A stretch of 64,000 bases of DNA from Candidatus Latescibacterota bacterium (GTDB lineage: Bacteria; Latescibacterota; CBDEFO01). Made by a program: the position numbers and the translations under genes. The notes under the pieces are model-generated. The model saw nothing but the letters and a program-made list of their open reading frames with translations, was not told where the DNA came from and did not search any database. Of this stretch, positions 1 through 9,658 are shown piece by piece; position 1 is the first letter of the stretch; each line of letters starts with the position of its first letter. The stretch covers positions 1,024,001 through 1,088,000 of the forward strand of contig CBDEFO010000008.1 in the NCBI GenBank assembly GCA_965237525.1, given 5' to 3'.

Positions 1-188
1 CAAACCGCCAGTAAGACTAATAGTGGAAACTTCCTATGCATATGCAAATTCCCCTACGGGATACATCACAAAATTCATTAACAGAATTAAAGGAACTCGT
101 TCTTTTGCTCCTGTTGATCTCCTGGAAGCAGCAGTAACTGTCAGGAGCATCAGAACATGGTTCCGCATACTCCGCTGCAGAAGTGGGC

Positions 189-1802
189 TTAAACTCCCAT
201 CGCCATCCCTCCGCTGCCAGCGTCTGCGCCGCCGGCAAGCACCTCGGTTTCAGGATCTATGGTAATGGCGTGGACCAGGGCGAGTCCGCCGTGACTTTGC
301 GGGAGGCGTTCGATGGGATGCTTTTTGCGAACTTCGGCGCAGACAATTTCGGGAATGCGCGCCTGACACTTGATGGAGTCGCCCTGGCAGTCGAAGCGGG
401 GCGCCAGCACTGCATCACTGATGCTCATCCCAAAATCGAGTACGTTTAGAATCACCTGCGCGATCGAAGTGATAATGTAGGTGGCTCCGGGCGCGCCGAT
501 GACAAGTATAGGTCTGTCGTCTTTGTAAACCATGGTCGGCGTCAAGCCCGAAGTGCGCCCTTTGCGCGGGGCGATGGAGTTTGGGTGTCCGGGCAGGGGA
601 TAAAAATTCGCCATCGAATTGTTATACATAAATCCCATCCCCGGCGTAATGACACCCGACGAAAAACCGAGAGAGTGTGTGAGCGCAACACAGTTTCCGT
701 CTTTGTCCACCGCGCTCACATGAGTTGTGTCGGGCGATTCGGGCGGTGTAAAAGAGACCCTAATAGGTTTTCCCGTTGCGATATCTTGCCGCCACTTCAA
801 GGCGCGCTCTTTGGATATCAACCATTCGAAAGGCACGTCAGCAAACTGCGGGTCAGAAAGGTGCAAATTGCGATCAGAAAAGGCGGCCTTCATCGCCATC
901 GATACGAAGTAGATATAATCAGGTGAATTGTGCTCCAGCGCAGTAAGGTCGTGGCCTTCCAGGATGTTAAGGATGGAAAGCAGTGTCGATCCGCCGTGTG
1001 GCGGTGGGGAAGTCGTAATAGTAAAGCCGCGATATGTTGTGACAATGGGCTCTCCGTGGCGCAGTTGGTAGTCGGCGAAATCCTGTTCGGTTACGTAACT
1101 CCCGTTTCTGGCGAGGTCATCGCTCATGCGTCGGGCGAGGTCGCCAGAGTAGAAGTCGTCCGCGCCGCGCTCGGTAAGTTGGAGCAGGGTATCTGCAAAG
1201 TCGGGATTGCGGAGTATCTCGCCCGCTTCGTAGGAGCTACCGTCGTCTTTAAGATAGATGCGGCTTGCCTCTCTATTGGCCTTGATGCCGTCCAGCAATG
1301 AGCTCCCTTCGGGATACTTTGCCACCTCCTTCCAGCGCGCCGCAAGGTGACTGTCTACCATAAAGCCCTCCTTAGCGATATGCGCCGCTGGTGCGATAGC
1401 GTGTTCCCACTGGATCGTGCCCCAGCGCTCCAGTATCTCAGCCAGTCCTTTGACCGCGCCGGGCGTGCAGACTGATCGGTAGCCTATAGCGTTGACTTTT
1501 CCCTTCAGGAAGTAGCCCCAGCCAGCTGGATTCGGGCGGATAAGTATATCTTTCCACATCGTCGGTGTGGCATTTGAACCGGCAAGGGCAGGGGCGTCCA
1601 GAAGGATGGAATGGCGTTGAGAGCTGTGGGGGTTGTACAGATTGAGTGTAAGAAAACCTCCGATGCCGCACATCTGCGGGTTGACAACAGACTGGACAAA
1701 AGCACAGGTCACGGCAGCATCTATGGCGTTGCCGTCTCCCATTAAGACCTTTGCGCCCTCCTCGACAGCGAGAGGTTGAGGCGCTACAATCATGCCGGAC
1801 AT
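189..1802 (-). CDS. ggt: gamma-glutamyltransferase
   Basis: GNAIDAAV, PQMCGIGG, TTHVSAVDKDGN (catalytic Thr), YNNSM, GAPGA motifs. Confidence 0.92.
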   Translation of the reverse strand: MSGMIVAPQPLAVEEGAKVLMGDGNAIDAAVTCAFVQSVVNPQMCGIGGFLTLNLYNPHSSQRHSILLDAPALAGSNATPTMWKDILIRPNPAGWGYFLKGKVNAIGYRSVCTPGAVKGLAEILERWGTIQWEHAIAPAAHIAKEGFMVDSHLAARWKEVAKYPEGSSLLDGIKANREASRIYLKDDGSSYEAGEILRNPDFADTLLQLTERGADDFYSGDLARRMSDDLARNGSYVTEQDFADYQLRHGEPIVTTYRGFTITTSPPPHGGSTLLSILNILEGHDLTALEHNSPDYIYFVSMAMKAAFSDRNLHLSDPQFADVPFEWLISKERALKWRQDIATGKPIRVSFTPPESPDTTHVSAVDKDGNCVALTHSLGFSSGVITPGMGFMYNNSMANFYPLPGHPNSIAPRKGRTSGLTPTMVYKDDRPILVIGAPGATYIITSIAQVILNVLDFGMSISDAVLAPRFDCQGDSIKCQARIPEIVCAEVRKKHPIERLPQSHGGLALVHAITIDPETEVLAGGADAGSGGMAMGV

Positions 1803-1821
1803 AGGAGATTTCCTTTATTAT

Positions 1822-2649
1822 CTATGCAACATAAGCACCATATGTTCTGCATCTTGGGGATCGAATTGAGCGATACAAAGTCACCGCACCACTCACATCT
1901 TTAAAGTCCGTAAATCGCTTTAGATTGCCTCCCAGGATGAGGGCGACCTCCTCATCGGCAAACCCGATAGTCCGGATGGCATTTACTCCATGCACAGCGA
2001 CCCCACTCGGAGAATTAGATCCAAAAACGATGCGATTTGCACCGATTTCTCCGCTGCGTACAATATCCTTGATTCTGATCGGCTCTGCCGCAGCGATAAG
2101 CGTTGTACCGAGATAGATATTAGAATTCTCCACTGCTGCCTGCACGGCTAGGTTAATCCACTCACGATACCCCATGTGATCCATGATGATCGTCACGTCC
2201 GGGTGCCTCTCTGCAAGAGTGGCTATGTATCCGGGTGAACACCCGCTCATCGGTGAACCCGAATGAATCGTTGCTGGTATGCCCAGGGAACCTGCCAGCC
2301 CCATGATTGGATCAACACACGGAGAGTCCAGGCGATACCCATGAGCCGCAGCCATCAGTTTGACCGTCCTTGCACCTGCATCCACACAACGCCTCAGCTC
2401 TTCGGATGCCTCGGATCCCATAGTCGGATTGATGAGGCATGCAGGTATGATGCGCGATTCACCCTTGGCTGCGTTAAGGACTTGCATGTTGATTTCGCGT
2501 GGATCCGGTGGTAAACCTCCGGGAAATACGAAGCAGGTATCGATCCCCGCTTCGTCTGCCACACCCAGCAAACCTGCCTTTCCATACGGTTTTCCGTCAA
2601 ATTCTGCGGGCATATAGGCTTCAAAATCAGCAATAAATTCCGTATTCAT
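1822..2649 (-). CDS. amidohydrolase family 2 metal-dependent hydrolase
   Basis: IHSG, IMDHMG, IVFGSN, ILGGN motifs of a TIM-barrel amidohydrolase. Confidence 0.8.
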   Translation of the reverse strand: MNTEFIADFEAYMPAEFDGKPYGKAGLLGVADEAGIDTCFVFPGGLPPDPREINMQVLNAAKGESRIIPACLINPTMGSEASEELRRCVDAGARTVKLMAAAHGYRLDSPCVDPIMGLAGSLGIPATIHSGSPMSGCSPGYIATLAERHPDVTIIMDHMGYREWINLAVQAAVENSNIYLGTTLIAAAEPIRIKDIVRSGEIGANRIVFGSNSPSGVAVHGVNAIRTIGFADEEVALILGGNLKRFTDFKDVSGAVTLYRSIRSPRCRTYGAYVA

Positions 2650-2882
2650 AGGTTACCGCTTGTGCAAGGAAAGTGTTCCCTCTACTAATCAAACTGAAGT
2701 GCTCCTCGGCACTCCCCGATTGAACCCCCTACTGGATCGGGGATCGGATCGTTTTCTGGCGATTAATGCTGCGGAAAGTGTTCCAGGGTACCTGCCAGCT
2801 TTGGGGCAGTCGTAAAGTGGCCCTTCCACTTAGCGTTGCAGCATTGAACCAAACGCCGTTCCACAGTAGCCGTATTCTGTAC

Positions 2883-3959
2883 TCAGATAGTCGGTAGCGC
2901 GGGCACGACCTCCCTTGCCAGCAGCTCCATCGAGCGCACCCACTTTGTTTTGTCGTCCCAGTCCTGCGTTATCATAAGCAGCGTGCTGAAACCGCCGGTC
3001 ACGTCACATACAACCTCAAGCTGACGGATACACTCGTCCACATCACCTATTATGCAATTGTTCTTCAGGATGTATTCCAGTGTCAGCTCATCATCGGGCA
3101 TGTCCGGATCCTGCTTGATCAGCGCCAGCATATCCAGCGATTTGAGTATTGTTCTCAGGTACTCGAAAGAGCGCCCGAACGTGCCGTTCAGGGTGTGCTC
3201 CCATGCTTCTTCGTTCGATTCGCCGACATAGATGTTTCGTGAGACGCGCCAGATTGAGCGGTCAGGTTCAGGTCGACCCGCTTCCTGAGCGCCGGCGCAA
3301 TAAGTCCGCCAGTGTTCGGCGACCGTGGTAGCAGGAACAAGATTCGTGCTTATGGGTATGTACCCGCGCTGCCCAGCCGTACTAGCCGCCATTGAGGTAC
3401 CCTTGACCACGCTCATTGCGAGGGGCGGATGTGGTTTCTGGTACGGCTTGAGCAGTGTTCCTATTCCGAACTCATGATCGGGATTTTCAATCTTAATATG
3501 CCAGAATTGCCCTTGGAGGTCGAAGGGGGCTTCGGATTGCCACAATTTCAGAACCATATCGATCCCCTCCAGTGTCATCAGCCCCTGGGTCTTTGGGTCA
3601 GGCAGGTCGAACAACCCCCAATCGGTCGGCACCCCTCCCTGCCCAAAACCGCAATTCAGACGGCCGCGGGATAGATGATCCAGAAACGCCAGACGGACAG
3701 CGATATTGGCTGGATGGTGCTGGGGAACAATGGATACTCCGGTGCCCAGGCGGATGTTCTTGGTGCGTGGCAGCACATTGGCAATGAACAGGTCATTAGA
3801 CGGGATGGGCTCCCAGGCCAGCGTATTGTGTTGTCCGATCCAGGCCTCGGTAAACCCGAGCTCGTCTGCGCGAACGACCAGCTCGATGTCCTCCTCGAAA
3901 CACTCTGTCCGGTCTTTTTCCGGAGGATGCAGCGGCATCATGAACAGACCCAATTTCAT
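2883..3959 (-). CDS. luciferase-like (LLM) flavin-dependent monooxygenase
   Basis: MKLGLFMMPLHPP, ADELGFTEAWIGQH, RLGTGV, DHLSRGRL, PYQKPHPP. Confidence 0.9.
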   Translation of the reverse strand: MKLGLFMMPLHPPEKDRTECFEEDIELVVRADELGFTEAWIGQHNTLAWEPIPSNDLFIANVLPRTKNIRLGTGVSIVPQHHPANIAVRLAFLDHLSRGRLNCGFGQGGVPTDWGLFDLPDPKTQGLMTLEGIDMVLKLWQSEAPFDLQGQFWHIKIENPDHEFGIGTLLKPYQKPHPPLAMSVVKGTSMAASTAGQRGYIPISTNLVPATTVAEHWRTYCAGAQEAGRPEPDRSIWRVSRNIYVGESNEEAWEHTLNGTFGRSFEYLRTILKSLDMLALIKQDPDMPDDELTLEYILKNNCIIGDVDECIRQLEVVCDVTGGFSTLLMITQDWDDKTKWVRSMELLAREVVPALPTI

Positions 3960-4047
3960 CGTATGACCTCCCTATGGTTCGGCTTGATGTGAAATGCAAT
4001 TCCCCTGATCTCCAGCAGAGAATGGCCCCCGATCCCCCCCGATAGAT

Positions 4048-5094
4048 TCAATCGGGGGTCAGGTTCCAATGCGGCTTCACGTTCAAGTTGACCCCCGATA
4101 GTTTCAATTGGGGGTTGACACAAGAGCGCGGCCAATGGCCTGACGCCAGTGCTATCACGGTCTCATAAGATAAGCGCCAGAAGGCTTCCATGTGTTGATC
4201 TGACCAGCCTGCTATATGGGGTGTAACCACAACGTTGTCGAGTTTGAACAGCGGGTTGTCCGGATCTGGTGGCTCTTGTTCAAACACATCCAGCCCAGCC
4301 GCGGCGATCGAACCTTCGGTCAGTGCGGAGACCAATGCGGGCTCGTCAATAACCGAGCCGCGCGATGTGTTGATCAAGATTGACGTGGACTTCATCAGCC
4401 CCAATTCGCGCTCGCCGATCAGGTGATACGTATCTTTCACGAGCGGACAGTGAACCGACACAAAATCAGATTGGGACAGCACGTCGTCGAGTCCCATAGG
4501 GCGTACTCCCTCTTTTGCCATCGTCTCGGCGTTCACATATGGGTCATACGCCAGGATCGTCATGTCGAACCCACTCACTTTTCGCACAACGGTCCGCGCG
4601 ATGTGTCCGAAGCCGATCAATCCTAATGTCTGTCCACGTATGTGCCAGCGTGGCCGGCCCAGCGTGAAATCCCATTTACCGCTGCGCACCGCGCGATCTT
4701 GAACAGCAATCTGCCGGACGACAGCCAACAACAAGCCTAAGGCGTGATCAGACACCTCATCGCTGACCCCTTCCGGGGTATTAGCGACGACGATGCCCAA
4801 CTGAGTCGCCTCGTCTACCGGTATGTTGTCCGTACCACTGCCAGTGCGGATGATTGCCCCGCAGCGCGGAATGACCTTCAGGCTCTCGGCCGTAACCACC
4901 GGCCTGCCGCCGAACACCCACACCACATCCGCATCACCGGCATGCTGTGCCAATTCCTCCTGTGTGGTACATTCCCTAAGAACGAAGTCAATGCCTTCTT
5001 TTGCCAGACTCTCAGCTATCCAATCAGGTGGCATGGCTTCATCATGTGACAACTGTTCATCCAGTGCGACTAACGCTACTTTGAAACGTGCCAT
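4048..5094 (-). CDS. D-isomer specific 2-hydroxyacid dehydrogenase
   Basis: GLIGFGHI, SVHCPL, INTSRG, LDVFEQEP, TPHIAG; start moved to MARFK (5094), which has an upstream AGGA RBS. Confidence 0.88.
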   Translation of the reverse strand: MARFKVALVALDEQLSHDEAMPPDWIAESLAKEGIDFVLRECTTQEELAQHAGDADVVWVFGGRPVVTAESLKVIPRCGAIIRTGSGTDNIPVDEATQLGIVVANTPEGVSDEVSDHALGLLLAVVRQIAVQDRAVRSGKWDFTLGRPRWHIRGQTLGLIGFGHIARTVVRKVSGFDMTILAYDPYVNAETMAKEGVRPMGLDDVLSQSDFVSVHCPLVKDTYHLIGERELGLMKSTSILINTSRGSVIDEPALVSALTEGSIAAAGLDVFEQEPPDPDNPLFKLDNVVVTPHIAGWSDQHMEAFWRLSYETVIALASGHWPRSCVNPQLKLSGVNLNVKPHWNLTPD

Positions 5095-5209
5095 GTCGCA
5101 TTTCCTTTCCCCAATCCCCGAAATAATCGGAGGTTCAATCGGGATATAGTCGTAGACAGTAGAAGGGATCTCACCCCCCTGTATGCTGTTCAATTAAGAG
5201 CTAACTTCG

Positions 5210-6052
5210 TTAGCCGCGCGATGGTTCATTCATTTTCACTTTGAGCTGCCTGGTCAACTCGGCAAGGTGAGTGTCATTGGCCATCACCTGCTCAAGGTGT
5301 ACCATCCGCTCTGGCCCTGCGGTGCGGATCATCGCTTCGCCGTGGATGCGATCGATCCAGAATCGCGCCTCCTTGCCCAGCACTGTGCGCAACTCCTCGA
5401 GTCGATCCTCGGGGTAGCGGCGGCTGAAGTTCATCGTGAACATCCGTCTGCGCACTGAGCCACCGAAGGCGGCGTGCTTCAGGTTGTGGTTGAAGACTAA
5501 TATGTCGCCGGGTGTCGTCTCCAGGATCAAGGCCGGGACTTCTCTGCCGTGCAGCCCCCAGAATTTCTCGCTCTCCCGGATGTCGCGCTCAATGGCATCG
5601 GCATAGGGGTCGCCACAGCGGTGGCTGCCGGGGATCACACGCAGGGCCCCGGTGTGGCGCGTCAGCGGGTCGAGGTAGAAAGCGATCTTGATGCTCAATA
5701 TCCGCTCTCCGCTGTAGCCGTCGGAGTGCCAATTTGTGTCACCCGCGTAGAAGTTGCCGTCGCCGCTCGTGTAATTGAAGTCGTCGCAGCAGATACTGGC
5801 GGCGATGTCGTGGATGCGCGGGTCATCCAGGAAAGAGCTGAGGTACTCGCTTTGATCCGGGAACGGGAGGATGCAGGAGCGACTCACGCCGTCGTGGTCT
5901 TTGCCGTGGTGCCCGCCGCCGTGAGCTGTCCAGATGGCCTCGAACTCGCCGATGATATTCTGGATGCAGTCAGCCAGCAGCCCGGGAAAGTACAGGAAGC
6001 CGAACGTGTCGAAGAAAGCCATCTGCTGGTCGGTGAGTCGTGTTGATGCCAT
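5210..6052 (-). CDS. phytanoyl-CoA dioxygenase (PhyH) family Fe(II)/2OG dioxygenase
   Basis: WHSD, LRVIPGSH, PGDILVF...H...R. Confidence 0.85.
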   Translation of the reverse strand: MASTRLTDQQMAFFDTFGFLYFPGLLADCIQNIIGEFEAIWTAHGGGHHGKDHDGVSRSCILPFPDQSEYLSSFLDDPRIHDIAASICCDDFNYTSGDGNFYAGDTNWHSDGYSGERILSIKIAFYLDPLTRHTGALRVIPGSHRCGDPYADAIERDIRESEKFWGLHGREVPALILETTPGDILVFNHNLKHAAFGGSVRRRMFTMNFSRRYPEDRLEELRTVLGKEARFWIDRIHGEAMIRTAGPERMVHLEQVMANDTHLAELTRQLKVKMNEPSRG

Positions 6053-6138
6053 CGCAGTTTCTACCTTTTGATCTGCCCGTTCGAATCTATTGAGAGATCA
6101 GGAGTCTCATGTGACTCCCGATTTAACCCCCGATAGAT

Positions 6139-7386
6139 TCAATCGGGGGGCTGCACCGGTCGTGTCCGATCCTGGGGCACAAGCGATCTACACCCGTCAG
6201 CTGTAACAACGAAGGATTGCTCGATCTGTAACGAACCGATGGCAGGCATAAAGATGCCCACCTCCAGATTTATTACCATATCCGCTTCAAGGGGCAGATC
6301 AGAGGGAACGTCGACGCAATCGTCCCGGATGCGCAGCCCGTTGTCCGCCACCACGATCGGGTAATCTCGGACTTCCAGTCCAAGGCCGTGCCCGTGCGGA
6401 AAAGATGCAGTGACGCCGTGGGCATTGAGAGTTTTCCACATTGCATCACTCACAGCAGATGCTCTGGCTCCCGGCTCGATTGTTTCGACACCTGACGCTA
6501 TGCAGGCGCGCAGGGCAGCGTGCCTTTCAAAGAGCTCTGTCGAAGGTTCGGCCATCGTGAGTGTCGTGCCGCTGTCCGAAAAATAACGCCCATAAATGCA
6601 GCCAGAATCCACGTAGAGAAGATCGTCATCGGTCAGCACATAGTTCGGCTCGGTGGCGATGCCCAGACCGCGCACCCCGAATGCAAAATGCTCGAACTCT
6701 GCGCCCAACTGAGCCACGCGCGAACGATAGCAGGCGACAAGATCGGCGACCGGGGTACCTGGACGAGCCAGGGCAAGGCTTTCCATTGCGGCCTGTTCGT
6801 TGATCTGGGCTGCTCGGGTCACACGGGCGATCTCCTCTGAACTTTTGACCATCCGAATTAAGCGGATGAGATTCGCGCAATCCCTAATTGATGCCCCCGG
6901 CAGTGCTCGCGCAATTGCATCTGCTATCTCCACAGGCAGGCTCTCTATCTCCAGTCCGATGCGAGCGCCAGTCAGTCCCCGCCCGCTCAAGATGCTTAAG
7001 AGCGCGTCTGTGGACGTTGCATTGCGCTGCGGCCCATGAACCAGTGCATTTAAGCGGCTGATAGTGTCGGGCAGCTCGCCCGGAGGCAAAGAGTCGTCCA
7101 GTCCGGGGTCGCCGAAGATATGCAGGTCGCGCACCCACAGGTCGGCCGCGTTCACCGCAAAGAGCGGGCTGACGACGAGGGCAGGTTCGCCTTCCAGAGG
7201 GAAGACTGCATATGCCTGGAACAAGTTGCTGGATGCTCCTGGCGTAATCATGTACTCTTTGAACGACGAATCGAGCCAGCAGTAGTAATCCGAGAAATAG
7301 GTGATGTTGACAGGCGAGGTAGCAATCAGAACATCTAAATCGTAACGACGCATGTACTCCATCGCCCGCTCTTTGTTGAAGAGCAT
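6139..7386 (-). CDS. M24 family Xaa-Pro peptidase-like protein
   Basis: RMVKS.EE, D..YFSD, HGHGLGLE, NLE..., IEQ. Confidence 0.85.
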   Translation of the reverse strand: MLFNKERAMEYMRRYDLDVLIATSPVNITYFSDYYCWLDSSFKEYMITPGASSNLFQAYAVFPLEGEPALVVSPLFAVNAADLWVRDLHIFGDPGLDDSLPPGELPDTISRLNALVHGPQRNATSTDALLSILSGRGLTGARIGLEIESLPVEIADAIARALPGASIRDCANLIRLIRMVKSSEEIARVTRAAQINEQAAMESLALARPGTPVADLVACYRSRVAQLGAEFEHFAFGVRGLGIATEPNYVLTDDDLLYVDSGCIYGRYFSDSGTTLTMAEPSTELFERHAALRACIASGVETIEPGARASAVSDAMWKTLNAHGVTASFPHGHGLGLEVRDYPIVVADNGLRIRDDCVDVPSDLPLEADMVINLEVGIFMPAIGSLQIEQSFVVTADGCRSLVPQDRTRPVQPPD

Positions 7387-7549
7387 GATACCTCCAAAGA
7401 AGTACAGAATAGAGAGTTACACTAATTCGCTCTTTCCGTGCTGTTCTCCGGGACTCGCAGGTTCACCGGATGCCATCGGATCCATTGTGGTGCGATCTAG
7501 GGGTTCATGTGCACTCCCTGCCAAATATCAAAGCCCGAGAGACGCATCT

Positions 7550-8476
7550 TCAGGATGTCAAGAACCTGCTGAAGTGCTCCCGGATGTAGCGGATGTTCTC
7601 CCGTACCCACAGGTCGCTGTCCTGCTCCCATGGGCCGATGGCTTCAATGCACAGGCGGAGATTTTCAGGGTCTGGAGCTTGTTTTTGGAGAATCTCCATT
7701 ATCGTCTCAAGATCAATCTGACCGCGGCCCAGGGGAACCAGAAAAATCTTGGGCACAGCATCCACTGACATGGCTTGGATACGGAAATCTTTGATATGTA
7801 CCATTACCGTGTAAGGGGCGACACTGCGCGCTGCATCAACCGGATCTTCGATTACACCGACGGAGTTTCCCGTATCCAACATGACTTGTACCCAGGGCGA
7901 ATCCACCCCCTCAATCACCTGGGCGATCTCACTACACCGATAGTCCAGATGGTTTTCTATTGCAATGACTATGCCATAGTCTTCAGCGATCTCGGACAGG
8001 CGCTTGAAGTTCTCAATCATGATTTCGATTTGGCGTTCGATAGGCGGATCCTTGGTAAAATGATTGTTGCGAGACACACCCGTGTGCGTGGTGTCTATCA
8101 CCCGGGCCCCCAACGCCCTCGCGACCTCCAATTCTTCGCTAAACGCCGCCCTATCCTGTTCAGCTTCATCCCCCGTGGCCACCCAGTCCACAGCTCCGCT
8201 GGGGACAAATTCCATTTCTTTCTCCTCTAACAACCGTCGTATACGCCTCCGGTACTCTGGCTCCTGAAATTTTTTCGAATTTCCGTAGAGCACTGATAGG
8301 CCCAGGTCGGCAATGTGATTGATCAGCCATTCCATGCCCTCTTCTTCGGAAAGCGCATCGGGTATGGAGGAGAAATAGAGCAAGGGACGGCCGTTATAGA
8401 GATACTCAGGTTGGCCTCGATGTAAATGGGGGTAGAGCTCCCAGCGATAGCAGGCCATAGAAATGCCTAATTTCAT
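7550..8476 (-). CDS. sugar phosphate isomerase/epimerase (xylose isomerase-like TIM barrel)
   Basis: IENHLD, LDTGN, HIKD, PLGRGQID, CIE. Confidence 0.85.
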   Translation of the reverse strand: MKLGISMACYRWELYPHLHRGQPEYLYNGRPLLYFSSIPDALSEEEGMEWLINHIADLGLSVLYGNSKKFQEPEYRRRIRRLLEEKEMEFVPSGAVDWVATGDEAEQDRAAFSEELEVARALGARVIDTTHTGVSRNNHFTKDPPIERQIEIMIENFKRLSEIAEDYGIVIAIENHLDYRCSEIAQVIEGVDSPWVQVMLDTGNSVGVIEDPVDAARSVAPYTVMVHIKDFRIQAMSVDAVPKIFLVPLGRGQIDLETIMEILQKQAPDPENLRLCIEAIGPWEQDSDLWVRENIRYIREHFSRFLTS

Positions 8477-8512
8477 CTTTTACCCTTCTTTTTTTGTTGG
8501 CGACAGGCAATA

Positions 8513-9490
8513 TTAAATGAGGAATCGCTGGAAGTGCGTTCGTATATAGTCAAAGCTTCCTCGCACCCACTGCTGGCTATCAGCGGTGCGGTGAGGAACC
8601 AGATCGAGGCAGAGTGGCAAGTGTTGCGAATCCGGAGCTCGAGTCTGGAGAATCTCCAGAACAGACGCAAGCTCTATGTGGCCCCGGCCGATGGGAGCAC
8701 CGAAGATCATCGGCACGCCGTCCTGCGTTATCGGCTGGATCCGCAGATCCTTGAAATGCACCAGAACCGTGTAAGGAGCAAGTTTTGTTGCGGCGTCCAC
8801 AGGATCCTCGATGAGGGCAATAGGATTACCCGTATCCAGTGTGGCTCGTACCCAGGGCGAGTTTACGGCCTTGATGAGGCTGACCAGTTCTTGTGAGGTA
8901 TAGTCCATATGATTCTCCAGAGCGATGACGATCTTGCGCTCTGCGGCCATGGCTCCCAGGCAGGTGAAGAGCCGAGCGGCACGATCTAATTGCTGCTCAA
9001 CCGGTGGATCGTGGGTGAAGTGGTTGTAGTCTACAGCTCGGCTGTGGGTGGTGCACACGACCGTGGCTCCCAAAGCTTCGGCCGTCTCCAGGGCCGGCAG
9101 GAACGTCTGCACCTCCGATTCATCGTCTTCCGCCGCCCAATTCAGGGACGCGATCGGCACCAGCGCCACTTGTCCCTCTGCCAGGGATTGTTTAATCTGT
9201 TTAAGAGCGCCGGGTTCCAAAGCCTGCCCCAACCCAAAAGACGCACATAAGACGGTAAGTCCCAGATCAGCGGTGTGTCCGATCAACCACATGAGACTTT
9301 CCTCTTCGGACAAGAAGGAAGGAACAGAGGAGAAATAGAAGATGGGGTGTCCCATATAGTTGAACTCAGGGCGCTGGCGTTGCCACCGTATAAGTGCTCC
9401 CTGGTGGCCCTCTACCAGCTCGCTGTAAGTAAGATCTTCCTGCAGGTTCAGATCCCAGCGATAGCAGCCCGAAGTCATTCCAAGTTTCAT
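8513..9490 (-). CDS. sugar phosphate isomerase/epimerase (paralog of adjacent gene)
   Basis: LENHMD, LDTGN, HFKD, PIGRGHI; shares MKLG...CYRW N-terminus and NHFT.DPP with 7550..8476. Confidence 0.82.
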   Translation of the reverse strand: MKLGMTSGCYRWDLNLQEDLTYSELVEGHQGALIRWQRQRPEFNYMGHPIFYFSSVPSFLSEEESLMWLIGHTADLGLTVLCASFGLGQALEPGALKQIKQSLAEGQVALVPIASLNWAAEDDESEVQTFLPALETAEALGATVVCTTHSRAVDYNHFTHDPPVEQQLDRAARLFTCLGAMAAERKIVIALENHMDYTSQELVSLIKAVNSPWVRATLDTGNPIALIEDPVDAATKLAPYTVLVHFKDLRIQPITQDGVPMIFGAPIGRGHIELASVLEILQTRAPDSQHLPLCLDLVPHRTADSQQWVRGSFDYIRTHFQRFLI

Positions 9491-9658
9491 AGGAGTTATT
9501 ATACCTCCTGCGCCGTTACTTTACTACATTCGTGCAATGCGCGAGAATTATAGTGTTCTAATCGATGGGGTTTGGCTACAGTTTCGTCACTTTGCATTTA
9601 ATAGCCTGGTTACCCCTGTTCAATCCGCTGTACGGCAAGAATCGTATTAGAGTAGTTT

